Assembly (NCBI GenBank): GCA_963664225.1
Contig: OY760937.1
Span: 3,520,001-3,584,000 of the forward strand
Direction of reading: 5' to 3'
DNA: 64,000 nucleotides
Source of the DNA: Verrucomicrobiia bacterium
Lineage (GTDB): Bacteria; Verrucomicrobiota; Verrucomicrobiia; Limisphaerales; UBA1319
Part shown: piece by piece, positions 29,851 through 39,345 of the stretch
Layout of the letters: each line of letters begins with the position of its first letter
How positions within the stretch are numbered: the stretch's first letter is position 1
Program-made: the position numbers and the translations under genes
The notes under the pieces: generated by a model
What the model saw: only the letters and a program-made list of their open reading frames with translations
Database searches by the model: none
Told to the model about the DNA's origin: nothing

Positions 29851-30210
29851 TTAGAGCGTGCGAGCCAGGTTTGTTATTTTACGGCTGAGTTCGTCGGACT
29901 GGCGGAGAAGGAGGGTTGCTTCGTCCGGTTTTAGCAGGGACATTTCTTCAAAAACATATAGCATGGAGGCATTTTCGAAAAGCGATCTGCGGGCTATATT
30001 CAGATATTGTTTAAATTCCTGAGGATGAGGGCTGGCAGAGCCTTCAGCAATATTGTTGGAAACAGACAAACCAGCGGCACGCAACTGCTCTGCGTAGCGC
30101 CAAAACTTTTGGTTATCGAGATGGTCTGCAATTTGATGAAATCTTACGGCAAGCTCTTTTGCCATTTGCCAGCATTCCAAATTCTCGAATCGCCAACGGG
30201 GCCGGTCCAT
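29851..30210 (-). CDS. Four-helix-bundle protein (23S rRNA IVS / Avd-like family)
   Basis: FENLECWQMA, QLRAAGLSVSNNIAEG, FKQYLNIARRSLFE. Confidence 0.92.
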   Translation of the reverse strand: MDRPRWRFENLECWQMAKELAVRFHQIADHLDNQKFWRYAEQLRAAGLSVSNNIAEGSASPHPQEFKQYLNIARRSLFENASMLYVFEEMSLLKPDEATLLLRQSDELSRKITNLARTL

Positions 30211-30220
30211 AATTAAAGAT

Positions 30221-30364
30221 GCTTAGGGCTGAGAGCGCAGGGCTGAGGGCCAAAAAATGGCTGGGAGCGCAGAGCGGTAAGGGCAGTCGCAAAAAAAGGC
30301 GTAGGGCAGAGAGCTGAGGGCCGAGAGCCAAAAAACGGCTGGGAGCGTAGAGCCTAGAGCGCAG
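30221..30364 (+). repeat. GCTGAG(A/G)/GCGCAGA heptamer tracts upstream of the four-helix gene
   Basis: Four tracts separated by A-runs. Complementary tracts lie at 31818-31893 beyond the IS256. Confidence 0.8.
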
Positions 30365-30372
30365 GGTTCTTG

Positions 30373-31809
30373 GGTTTTGTAAAGAAAACTGTGTAAGTGA
30401 TTTTTTAGTTTTGTTTTTTGTTGTTATGACTCCCTGCGTTTTCGCAGCGAGATAGAACCAGCAGGGGGCGAGCTTTGAGCCTTAGCTCGCGCCCCCTGCG
30501 GTTAAATGGGCTTGCGTATCCAGTTTTCATGGCGGCTCAAGCCAACTGGGGCATCCGGTCCCCAAATTCAATGGCAAATCGGTTCAGCGCCTGGCCCCAA
30601 TTGTGGATGGGCATGGTCCACTTTTTGGCCGCCCGTTCCAGCGCCAGATAATAGAGTTTGAGCAGGGATTCCTCGTTTGGAAAAACGCCCCGATTCTTGG
30701 TGATTTTACGCAGCGATCGGTTCACCGACTCAATCGCATTGGTCGTATAAATGGCTTTGCGGATCTCTTCAGGATACTTCAAAAACGTGATCAGTTCCGG
30801 CCAGTGCGCCCGCCAACTCTTGCTGATCGATGGGTATTTTTTGTCCCACTTTTGGGCAAAAGCCTCCAGCGCCTGCTCGGCCTGGGCCACCGTCGCCGCC
30901 CGATAAATCGCCTTCAAATCGGCGGCCACCGCTTTGCGCTCCTTCCATCCCACGTAGCTGAGCGAATTACGCACCATGTGCACCAGGCAGAGCTGCACCT
31001 GGGTCGCCGGAAAGACCGTTTCCATCGCTTCAGGGAAGCCTTTAATCCCATCCACGCAGCCAATAAAGATGTCCTTTACTCCCCGGTTTTTAAGCTCCGT
31101 CAGCACATGCAGCCAAAACTTGGCCCCCTCACTGTGAGCCGCCCACATGCCCAGAACCTCCTTCTGCCCGGTCATCGTGATCCCCAGCGCCAGATACACC
31201 GCCACCTTGGCCACCTGACCGTCCTGCCGCACCTTGCCCCAGAGCGCATCAAAATAGACAATGGGGTAAACTTCCTCCAGTGGTCGGTCCTGCCAGACCT
31301 TCACATCAGCGCACACCGCCTCGGTCACTTGCGAGACCAGAGTCGGCGACACCTCCACCCCGTATATGTCCAACAGGTGCCCTTCAATCTCCCGCGTCGT
31401 CATGCCACGCGAATACAGACTGAGGATCGCTTGGTCAAATCCCTCGAACCGGCGTTGCCCCTTGGCCACGATCAGCGGCTCAAAGGTTCCGTTGCGATCC
31501 CGGGGCGTCGCCAGCTCCAGGTGACCAAACTCTCCCTTGAGGGTCTTGGGACTGGTGCCGTTGCGCGAGTTGCCCGAGTTGCGGCCCGCCGGGTCATGCT
31601 TGTCGTAACCCAAATGTACCGTCAACTCCGCTCCCATTGCCTTCTCCAGCAGCCGCTTCTGCAGTTGCTTGAAGATCCCATCCTTGCCCAATAAATCTTC
31701 GGGCTTCTGATAATCTTTAAGCAGTTCGTTTAGCACTTCATCGGTAATGGCCATGTCGTTAATCCTTTCATCTCTCTCAGGCCACTTACACAATTATTTT
31801 TACAGCCCC
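30373..31809 (-). mobile_element. IS256-family element (1437 bp)
   Basis: 27-bp imperfect IRs (GGTTTTGTAAAGAAAACTGTGTAAGTG / GGGGCTGTAAAAATAATTGTGTAAGTG); 8-bp TSD GGTTCTTG at 30365-30372 and 31810-31817. Confidence 0.95.
30537..31793 (-). CDS. IS256 (Mutator-type) transposase
   Basis: NSRNG, PRDRNGTFEP, YPIVYFDA, QLCLVH, IYTTNAIES. The start is likely MAITDE. Confidence 0.95.
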   Translation of the reverse strand: MCKWPERDERINDMAITDEVLNELLKDYQKPEDLLGKDGIFKQLQKRLLEKAMGAELTVHLGYDKHDPAGRNSGNSRNGTSPKTLKGEFGHLELATPRDRNGTFEPLIVAKGQRRFEGFDQAILSLYSRGMTTREIEGHLLDIYGVEVSPTLVSQVTEAVCADVKVWQDRPLEEVYPIVYFDALWGKVRQDGQVAKVAVYLALGITMTGQKEVLGMWAAHSEGAKFWLHVLTELKNRGVKDIFIGCVDGIKGFPEAMETVFPATQVQLCLVHMVRNSLSYVGWKERKAVAADLKAIYRAATVAQAEQALEAFAQKWDKKYPSISKSWRAHWPELITFLKYPEEIRKAIYTTNAIESVNRSLRKITKNRGVFPNEESLLKLYYLALERAAKKWTMPIHNWGQALNRFAIEFGDRMPQLA

Positions 31810-32216
31810 GGTTCTTGCTCTGAGCACTTAGCACTTAGCACTTAGCTCTAATCTGCCGCGCTCTTTGCGCTTCGCTCTCACCTCTCCGCTCTTTGTTTAA
31901 AACCACACTTCGTGCTCGTCAATTCGCATCGCAAGCGATTGACTGTCAATTTGTTGTAAAAAATCCCATTCCCACTGATTCGATCTGACCTCTGACTTCT
32001 GCCCTCTCTTACCACTTAGCTCTCTGCTTTCTACGCTTAGCCCTTCGCACTCTGCGCATTTAACGTCTTCTGCATAAGCACTTTAAACATTAAACCACCC
32101 ATTCGGGTATTGCGACTAATGCCAAAGCTTATAAAAGATTGGCGAGGAATGGAAGAGCCAGATGCAGGAATCGAAGGGTTTGTTGCAGTGAACGCATGCT
32201 TTTCTCAACGGCAGGG

Positions 32217-32461
32217 GGCTGAGAGCGGAGCGCTGAGGGCAGAAAACCAGAGGTCAGAGGTCAGAGATCAGGTGTCAGAAAAAAAACGGTCCTTGGTCCT
32301 TAGTCCTTGGTCCGTGGTCGGGAAAACAAAAAGCAAAGGGCACAGCGCCAAGGGCGGAGGGCGGAGGGTGACTACCACAAAGAGCGCAGAGATCACAAAT
32401 AAACGCAAAGGGCGGAGGGAAAGGCGGTTATTTAGACATGATGGACAGGATCCGCAGGATG
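32217..32461 (+). repeat. Mosaic repeat spacer 1
   Basis: GCTGAG, AGAGGTC, TCCTTGG and GGCGGAG heptamers, then 9-mer modules ACCACAAAG-AGCGCAGAG-ATCACAAA and GACATGATG-GACAGGATC-CGCAGGATG. Confidence 0.85.
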
Positions 32462-32691
32462 AGAATTCCCCGAACCGAAATTTCGCGCATTGAACCCCTG
32501 AACCATGTATTTATGCAAGTTTCCTGTAATGAAATACATCCCACTTTGGGTTCATGGGGAGATCAAAAAAAGCTGAGGCCAAAGTTGTGAATTGAGTCAA
32601 CCGCCAAACAAAAAGTCATGAGAAAACCATTTCGCAAATCAGGTTCCAATGACTTTTTCAAGGTCCGGTATTTCAAAAATCAGGCCCGCAG

Positions 32692-33040
32692 TTGTTCGAG
32701 GGCTTACGCATTGCGTTGAAGGAATCCCTCGGTTGCCAACCGACCTTCGAACGTTTGGCGAAAATTCTGAATGAGAATGTCAGCACGGTGCACCACTGGC
32801 TTACATCCCAGCCCCATACCCATTTGGTCGCCTTTCTCGCCCTTATGGAGCGCCTATCCGAACGCAAGCGCCACGACCTGCTCCATGAATATTGTCGCGA
32901 ATTGCCCAGTTTGGACAATCCACGGATCGCCCACGATCTGCTGGCCGTTTCCGGACTGGAAAGAATCCTGGGCAAAAAGAACGGGCTTAAGTGGATCTGT
33001 GGCGGATCGGAATTTCATCGCACTTTCCAACATCTAAACG
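32692..33040 (+). pseudogene. Truncated fragment of an HTH-like hypothetical gene
   Basis: PTFERLAKILNENVSTVHHWL is HTH-like. There is no good start, and the ORF continues antisense into parE. Confidence 0.35.
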
Positions 33041-33114
33041 TAGTGACAAAATTCCTGAATGCTCAACTTGGAGCATCCAGGAGCATACGATACCGGAGAT
33101 GGGCTTGCCTTGGC

Positions 33115-33452
33115 TCAATCCGTCTCCGGTGGTTCGAGCAATCTGCGGAGCAAATTACGGTGCCCGTGCATTGCGCGTTGCAGCACCACTTCGTTGGTCA
33201 ACACTTCGTAAAACAGGATCTGATTGTTGAATGGCCGGAAAACGAGGAAGAAGCGCCACTCGCGCAGACGCGGGTGGGCGAAGCCGCCGCGCGGGCCAAG
33301 ATGCGGTTGCCGGCCAGGCAAATTACAAGTGGCTTCCACCGCATCGAGATAAGGAGATAACAATCAGCCACGCTCCAGCCAGCGTTGACGGTGTATCACT
33401 CAAACTGCATCTCGACATCGGCGACAAAGCCGTCCGTTTTGCGGACGATCAT
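33115..33452 (-). pseudogene. ParE/RelE-family toxin pseudogene
   Basis: ATG 33452 overlaps the antitoxin stop (ATGA). TGA at codon 19 (33396-33398) and a frameshift at 33346-33360. The C-terminus FLVFRPFNNQILFYEV...RAMHGHRNL is ParE-like. Confidence 0.8.
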
Positions 33453-33709
33453 GCAGCGGAGGTTTTGGTGCGCGCCCGAACTCTATCGCGGATGGCGTCG
33501 AAGTCCGCCCTGGTCAGCGGGGTGGTCGGTTGGTCGGCGGCTTCCAGCAACCAGGCTTCGAGTTCCGGCGTAACCTCGAAAGGCTTGCGCTGCTGCTCGC
33601 GCAGGGAGCGGAGCACGTCATTGGCCAGTTCGCTGGCGTCAGCACAAGCGCCGGTGCGAACCTGTTCTTGCAGGAACTCTTCAACGTCTTTGGCGAGAGC
33701 AATCGTCAC
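33449..33709 (-). CDS. ParD-like RHH antitoxin (86 aa)
   Basis: MTIALAKDVEEFLQEQVRTG...ASEL..DVLR. GTG start lies 6 nt after TAGACA-17-CACAGT. Confidence 0.8.
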   Translation of the reverse strand: MTIALAKDVEEFLQEQVRTGACADASELANDVLRSLREQQRKPFEVTPELEAWLLEAADQPTTPLTRADFDAIRDRVRARTKTSAA

Positions 33710-33948
33710 GGCAATACTGTGCGGCAGAAGCCACCGGGTGTCTAACCTCCCAGAGACAGTAGCTTGTGTGACCAGCGGTCGTGAATCTTGAAGGATGACT
33801 CGACCGGCGGATCGATCTGTTGATGCTGGCTTAAACGAGCCCGAACTCGGTCTTGGGCCTGGGCGGCAGCCTCCCGCTCCCCCAAGCGTGCCGACTCCGG
33901 TAAATGGCGCCCCAATGAAACGTTGTTCTTCGGTCATGGTTGCGGCAC

Positions 33949-34998
33949 TCATAGCGCATGGCCAAATGACTCCATGGCTCGTCGGGCTTCGGCGGCCATG
34001 GGCAGTGATTTTGCAAGCAGTGATTTTATTCCCAGTGCGTCAGTAATCGGTTGAAGGGCTTGAATCAAAGGAAGGGAGTCTGTTTTTATGATTGCGGGTC
34101 TGAAACCAGAGGATCGAATCGATTGAACCAACCCCTGGGCGGCGGCCTGGGCCATGGTGTCTTCAGGGTCGGCGAGCATGAAGCCCAGCACCGCACCTGA
34201 TTTGGAATCGACTCCCAGGGCGAGTTTTGGGAAATAGGGTCGCGGCGGTTGGAGAATGCGCATGGAGGAGTAAAATGCCGCCAGTTCCCAGACACTTGCC
34301 GCCTGCTGCGGCAATTTTATCAAACCGGCCAGGTCGCATGCCTCAGGTTGAACCACGGGATCGGGTGTCAGTGGGGCGGCAACAAGAGTGTGCCATACCA
34401 ATTGGTCTGCACTCAAAGGCGCGGATCCGGCGGCTGGAAGGAATGGAAAAACGTTGCGTTGACGGGTTTCATAGATCGTTGGGTTGGCACGAAAGAACTC
34501 CGCAAAACGGGTGGCATTGCCCAGGTCATCGAGCAAAAGGCGAGCCTCGGCTTCCTCCAAAAACCATGGAACATAGCCGGGTTTGTGACTTTTGAATTCC
34601 GGATAAAGCCTTGGTTTTAAGGTCGCAGGCTTGAAATCAATCGCTTTCATAACCGCACGGTCGTGCTTATCAAGCTCTTTGACAGGCACAAAATCGGCCA
34701 GCAAGGCATCCTGGTGGAAAACGGCATCCGGATGTTCCGGTTCAAATTGGCCATTTAAAAGGCGCAGAAGGAAATTGGCCCCCGTGCTGCCGCGATAAGT
34801 GACCACCCCAAAAACCTCCCCCATTCCGCCCAGCACGGAAACCAATCGTGTGCCATGGGCGTTGCTGACACCGAACACATTGGAATCGTTCATCCACTGC
34901 CAGGGGGCCAGCTCTTGAACGCGGGTGGCGGCACGGTATAACTCACGCCATAGATCCAATGGGACCGACGGTGGAATGGGGGCGGTATTCTTAGCCAT
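33949..34998 (-). CDS. Uncharacterised protein (349 aa)
   Basis: Long globular ORF (LAPWQWM...SVLGGMGEVFG...PGYVPWFL) with its own promoter. No function recognised. Confidence 0.75.
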   Translation of the reverse strand: MAKNTAPIPPSVPLDLWRELYRAATRVQELAPWQWMNDSNVFGVSNAHGTRLVSVLGGMGEVFGVVTYRGSTGANFLLRLLNGQFEPEHPDAVFHQDALLADFVPVKELDKHDRAVMKAIDFKPATLKPRLYPEFKSHKPGYVPWFLEEAEARLLLDDLGNATRFAEFFRANPTIYETRQRNVFPFLPAAGSAPLSADQLVWHTLVAAPLTPDPVVQPEACDLAGLIKLPQQAASVWELAAFYSSMRILQPPRPYFPKLALGVDSKSGAVLGFMLADPEDTMAQAAAQGLVQSIRSSGFRPAIIKTDSLPLIQALQPITDALGIKSLLAKSLPMAAEARRAMESFGHAL

Positions 34999-35061
34999 GG
35001 GTCAAGCCTGTCATATTCCTGGAATTCTGGCAACCCGCCACACACCTTGTCATTTGGGTGG

Positions 35062-35382
35062 CAGAAAAGGCAAAGGGTAGAAAAAGCGGAGGGCAGAGGG
35101 CGGAGGGCGGCAAAAATACGTCACTGGTCCGTAGTCCTTGGTCCTTGGTCGGGAAAACAAAAAGCAAAGGGCACAGCGCTAAGAGCGGAGGGTGACTAAC
35201 ACAAGAGGCCAGAGGACAGAGATCAGAGGTCAGGTCCCAGCCTGGGCCATCGGCCCAGGTAATCGGCCCCAAACAAATCAAAGGGCGGAGAGCGGAGGGT
35301 GGAGCGTAATTAAAACGTCCTTGGTCCGTAGTCCTTGGTCCTTGGTCGATAAACCAGAGGGCGGAGGGCGGAGGGCAGAGCA
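35062..35382 (+). repeat. Mosaic repeat spacer 2
   Basis: Same modules as spacer 1. About 80 bp (35115-35200) is a direct repeat of 32285-32378. Confidence 0.85.
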
Positions 35383-35411
35383 GCCAATAAACACGAGTTA
35401 TGGGATCTGAC

Positions 35412-35472
35412 GCATAATCATGATTTATGCGGCACATCCGATATTGACGTTTTATCGGACTTGGCGCATATT
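35412..35472 (+). promoter_or_regulatory. hipBA promoter with two palindromic operators
   Basis: Palindromes GCATAA-N7-TTATGC and TCCGATA-N9-TATCGGA; TTGACG-17-CATATT. Confidence 0.65.
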
Positions 35473-35478
35473 TGTGGC

Positions 35479-35727
35479 ATGATTGGTCTGGCTCGTGATC
35501 CAAAGCAAATCGGAAACCTGATCCGCCGCGCCCGCAAGCAGCGGGCTTTAAGTCAAAAGGCGCTTGGCGATAAAGCAGGCTTGCGTCAGGAAACGATCTC
35601 CCTCATCGAGAACGGAAATCCCGCCGCAAAGATTGAAACCATTCTTGGACTGCTCGCGGTCCTTGACCTGGAATTGCACATCGCCCCCCGTTCCAAAGGG
35701 GGATATGACATGGAAGGCGATCTCTGA
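35479..35727 (+). CDS. hipB: HipB-like Xre antitoxin
   Basis: IRRARKQRALSQKALGDKAGLRQETISLIENG; overlaps the hipA start. Confidence 0.88.
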   Translation: MIGLARDPKQIGNLIRRARKQRALSQKALGDKAGLRQETISLIENGNPAAKIETILGLLAVLDLELHIAPRSKGGYDMEGDL

Positions 35728-37028
35728 TGTCCCGCAAGCGTCTTCATGCACCTTTGCGGGTCCTTCTCAATAATCGTCTGGTCGGGTATTTGGAGAAGCA
35801 GGCAGGCGGCGCGGTCTCTTTTCAATACGTTGAAAGCTGGCTTGCCTCAAATGACGCCATCCCCCTCTCCATGTCGCTCCCTTTACGCGAAGATGCTTAC
35901 AGGGGGGAACCGGTGGTCGCCGTTATTGAAAACCTGTTGCCCGACTCCGACATCCTGAGGCGACGGATTGCCGGGAAGATCGGTGCGAAGGGCACTGACG
36001 CCTTCAGCCTGCTGTCTCAGATCGGCCGGGATTGCGTTGGTGCATTGCAGTTTGTTCCCGATGACGACAAGGCTGCTCCTAAAACATCGGGCATCAACGG
36101 GGAGCCCATCGATGAACAAGAGGTTGAGCAAATACTCATAAACCTGGTTCGGGCGCCTCTGGGACTCGACCTGGATGAGGAATTTCGCATCTCCGTCAGC
36201 GGGGCCCAGGAAAAGACAGCCCTGTTACACCATGAAGGGCAATGGCTAAAACCGCACGGGACGACGCCAACCACCCATATTCTGAAAACCCAGATCGGAA
36301 CCTTGCCCAATGGGATCGATCTCTCGAACAGCGTTGAGAATGAGTATTACTGTTTGAAGCTCATGACCGCGTTTGGCCTCCAGGCGAATGCCGCCAGAAT
36401 AAGGTATTTCGGAAAAACCAAGGCGCTCGTTGTGGAGCGATTCGACCGGAGATGGACCAGCGACGGACGATTGCTTCGGATTCCACAGGAAGATATTTGC
36501 CAGGCTCTCTCATGTCCTCCCAGCCAGAAATACCAGAACCAGGGCGGGCCTGGCATGGTTGACATTCTTAAATTTCTGAAAGGAAGCGATACGCCGCTTG
36601 AAGATCAGAAGGCCTTCGTGAAAGCACAAATCCTGTTCTGGCTTATTGGCGCGACGGACGGCCATGCGAAGAACTTCAGCATTTATTTGGGACGAGGCGG
36701 GCGATTCAAGCTGACGCCGGTTTATGACGTTCTGACCGCGCAACCCAGTCTGGATGCCCGTCAGATCGAGCGCAAACAATTGAAAATGGCCATGTCCGTC
36801 GGAGACAGCCGACATTACAGGATTGATGAAATCAAAGGGCGTCATTTTATCCAGACTGTCGAGCGCGCTGGTTTGCCCGCAACACTCGCCAGAGAGGCGA
36901 TGGATGAAATTGGCCGGAATGTCGAAAGGGCATTCAACACCCTTGAGAAGCAGCTTCCACGAGGCTTTTCCGCAGAAATCCACAGCTCAGTGAAAAGGGC
37001 AATGACGTCGCGGCTGAAGAATCTTTGA
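35727..37028 (+). CDS. hipA: HipA serine/threonine kinase toxin
   Basis: NLLPDS, RISVSGAQEKTA, PTTHILK, VERFDR, DGHAKNFS, LTPVYDV. Confidence 0.95.
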   Translation: MSRKRLHAPLRVLLNNRLVGYLEKQAGGAVSFQYVESWLASNDAIPLSMSLPLREDAYRGEPVVAVIENLLPDSDILRRRIAGKIGAKGTDAFSLLSQIGRDCVGALQFVPDDDKAAPKTSGINGEPIDEQEVEQILINLVRAPLGLDLDEEFRISVSGAQEKTALLHHEGQWLKPHGTTPTTHILKTQIGTLPNGIDLSNSVENEYYCLKLMTAFGLQANAARIRYFGKTKALVVERFDRRWTSDGRLLRIPQEDICQALSCPPSQKYQNQGGPGMVDILKFLKGSDTPLEDQKAFVKAQILFWLIGATDGHAKNFSIYLGRGGRFKLTPVYDVLTAQPSLDARQIERKQLKMAMSVGDSRHYRIDEIKGRHFIQTVERAGLPATLAREAMDEIGRNVERAFNTLEKQLPRGFSAEIHSSVKRAMTSRLKNL

Positions 37029-37047
37029 ACGTCAGTAACGTCCACTG

Positions 37048-37380
37048 AAAAGGCAAAGGGCGGAGCGGTAAGCCGATGTTATGGACATGATGGACAGGAT
37101 CCGCAGGATGCGGTCAAAAAACGCGGAGAGCGGAGGGCAACTAACACAAGAGGTCAGAGGCCAGAGGTCAGCAAGAAGCGCGAAGAGCAAAGAGCGGAGA
37201 GCGGAGAGCGGAGAGCGGAAGGAAGGGAGACTACCGCAAAGAGCGCAGAGATCACAAAAAAAGCAGATTGAACCGCTGATGGGCACTAATTGACGCTGAT
37301 CTCCGGCCGCTTATTTTTGGCTATTACCTCTTCGCGCTCAGCCCTTTGCCCTCCGCGCAAGCCAGAGGGCGGAGGCGCAG
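37048..37380 (+). repeat. Mosaic repeat spacer 3
   Basis: GACATGATGGACAGGATCCGCAGGATG, AGAGGTC, GCGGAGA and ACCGCAAAGAGCGCAGAGATCACAAA modules. Confidence 0.85.
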
Positions 37381-37439
37381 TGCGTGTTTTTTTTGAGGAG
37401 CGTCGGAGTTTTCAATCCTCCCCGAAGAAATCCAATCAC

Positions 37440-37844
37440 TCATCCGATCGAACCAGCCTTTGACAAGGGCGGGATCAGTTCCACCCCGGCATGGGCGATC
37501 CTGGAATCCAATGTGGCCAGTTTCATGTGGCTCCTTAAAGCGAGGTCCGCCAGGTAAAAATCGGTGATCTCTTCGTTCTTTCGCGGCCTCGATTTCAAGG
37601 ATGGCAAATCGTCGGCCACAAATTCGGCGTGGGATTTTTCGATGAAGGTCCGCAACAACTCCCGGGCCGTCGCCAGCTCGGCATGAATTGCTTTAGGATG
37701 GCTGCTGATTCTTAAAAAGCCGAGTTCCGAAATCGGGCAGGTGGCCACCGTTTTATCTCGAATCCAGGCATCCGCGCGCGCATGCTCGGTATGATTCACC
37801 CAGAGGGCGGCAATCAGAACGTTGACATCCAATAAATAGGTCAT
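37440..37844 (-). CDS. VapC-type PIN toxin
   Basis: YLLDVNVLIA, CPISELGFLRI, ITDFYL, LATLD. Confidence 0.9.
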   Translation of the reverse strand: MTYLLDVNVLIAALWVNHTEHARADAWIRDKTVATCPISELGFLRISSHPKAIHAELATARELLRTFIEKSHAEFVADDLPSLKSRPRKNEEITDFYLADLALRSHMKLATLDSRIAHAGVELIPPLSKAGSIG

Positions 37845-38101
37845 GGCAGATCATTCAAAAGTTCCCGCACTTGAGCGCTGGTGATGGATCGGCCGGTGTC
37901 TCCCACCGGAGGCCTGCCTTTGCGATGAATGATCCTGGCCTTGACCGGTGCCATCGCGGCCGGTTTTTCAAGGCGCACCAAAACGAGCCGGCCGTTTCCC
38001 TCGGGTTGCACGGAAACCACATCCCCGGCAGCGATGCCGGCTTCTTTTCGCGCCCGGGCGGGTATCACCATCTGCCCGCGCCCATAGATCGTTGCATGCA
38101 T
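37841..38101 (-). CDS. AbrB/MazE-type antitoxin
   Basis: RGQMVIPARARKEAGIAAGD. Promoter TTGACC-17-TAATTT contains the palindrome GTAAGCATTGCTTAC. Confidence 0.88.
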   Translation of the reverse strand: MHATIYGRGQMVIPARARKEAGIAAGDVVSVQPEGNGRLVLVRLEKPAAMAPVKARIIHRKGRPPVGDTGRSITSAQVRELLNDLP

Positions 38102-38160
38102 AAGCTGAAATTACTGTAAGCAATGCTTACGGTCAAGAAAGGCAAGGCCAAGCCGGAGTT

Positions 38161-38320
38161 TTAGACATGATGGACAGGAAACGCAGGATGCGGTCAAAAA
38201 ACGCGGAGGGCTGAGCGCGAAGGACGGTGGGAAGGGGGTGACTACCGCAAAGTGCAAAGATCACAAAAAAAAGGCAAAGGGCAAAAAGGGCGGAGCGCTT
38301 CGAACGCCCAACAGCGAACA
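38161..38320 (+). repeat. Mosaic repeat spacer 4
   Basis: Shares GACATGATGGACAGG..CGCAGGATGCGGTCAAAAAACGCGGAG with 37084-37128, and GTGACTACC.CAAAG..ATCACAAA with spacers 1 and 3. Confidence 0.85.
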
Positions 38321-38406
38321 ACTACATTTTTACCGCGTTCCTCTGGGATGGCCCGGGGGGGTGCCTTTGCACAACAAGCCCCTAACGCTGCTCATTGGGA
38401 AAAAAT

Positions 38407-39345
38407 CTAGATCTGGTAATCGGCGATCAATTCGTCGCGGGCGGCCTTGCTGGTCACGCGCACCGTCAACCCCTCGAACACCACCAGCGAACGGGCCGGG
38501 ACGCTGTTGGTTAAAAACACGTTGGCGCCGATGGTGCTGCCCGCGCCCACCACCGTTTCCCCGCCCACAATCGTGGCCCCCGCGTAAATCGTCACATTAT
38601 CCTCGAGCGTCGGATGTCGCTTCTTGCCCCGCAAGGCCTGCCCCCCGGCCAGCGACCGCGCCACCAGGCCCACGCCTTGATACATTTTCACGTTCTCGCC
38701 GATTTCGCTCGTTTCCCCGACGACGGTGCCGGTGCCGTGGTCGATGAAGAAATGGGAACCGATGCGCGCGCCCGGATGGAGGTCGATCCCCGTGCGGGAA
38801 TGCGCCCACTCGGTCATGATGCGCGGGATGAGCACCACCTGCTGAAGATAAAGCTCGTGGGCCATCCGTTGAATGGAGATGGCCTCCATAAAGGGATAGG
38901 AGACGATCACCTCGTCCTTGCTCAAGGCGGCGGGATCCCCATTGTAGGCCGCCTCGGCATCCGTCTGGAGCAGATCGCGAATCGCCGGGAGCTTGGAGAG
39001 AAATTTCAGGGTCAAATCCCGCGAGAACTTGTCTTCATGGCCCGGGGTCAGGCCCTCCGGCGGGAAATAATCGAGACTTTTGCGGATTTCGTCCTGCAAG
39101 CGGCGTTGAATCAGGTCCAGGAGGCCTGAGGTGATGCACTTGAGTTCCGAGGTTTGAATCGGCTTTTCCGTGAAGAAACCGGGAAACAGCAAACGCAGCA
39201 AATCCGCCGCAATCAAGGCAATCCCCGTCTTGGACGGCAGATTCGCACCATCGAGATGGTTGATTCCGCCCGCCCGCGAATAGGAAGCCAGGATGCGCTC
39301 CGTCAATTGTGGCATGGTTAAATGCACGTCAGCCACTATCACCAA
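38407..39345 (-). CDS. cysE: Serine O-acetyltransferase (EpsC/CysE type)
   Basis: GDPAA, SYP, TGIDLHPGA, FFIDHGTGTVVGET, KRHPT. Confidence 0.92.
   Translation of the reverse strand: MVIVADVHLTMPQLTERILASYSRAGGINHLDGANLPSKTGIALIAADLLRLLFPGFFTEKPIQTSELKCITSGLLDLIQRRLQDEIRKSLDYFPPEGLTPGHEDKFSRDLTLKFLSKLPAIRDLLQTDAEAAYNGDPAALSKDEVIVSYPFMEAISIQRMAHELYLQQVVLIPRIMTEWAHSRTGIDLHPGARIGSHFFIDHGTGTVVGETSEIGENVKMYQGVGLVARSLAGGQALRGKKRHPTLEDNVTIYAGATIVGGETVVGAGSTIGANVFLTNSVPARSLVVFEGLTVRVTSKAARDELIADYQI

Noticed and set aside
29851..30210. DGR or 23S rRNA intervening sequence
   Set aside because: No reverse transcriptase, TR/VR pair or rRNA in the window.
30603..31694. 363-aa plus-strand ORF
   Set aside because: Antisense shadow of the IS256 transposase.
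32108..32127. Sigma54 promoter for the polysaccharide operon (TTGGCATTAGTCGCA, minus strand)
   Set aside because: GG-to-GC spacing is 8 nt rather than the required 10.
32217..38320. Classical integron
   Set aside because: No tyrosine recombinase in the window, no convincing attC boxes by eye, and the cassettes lie in both orientations.
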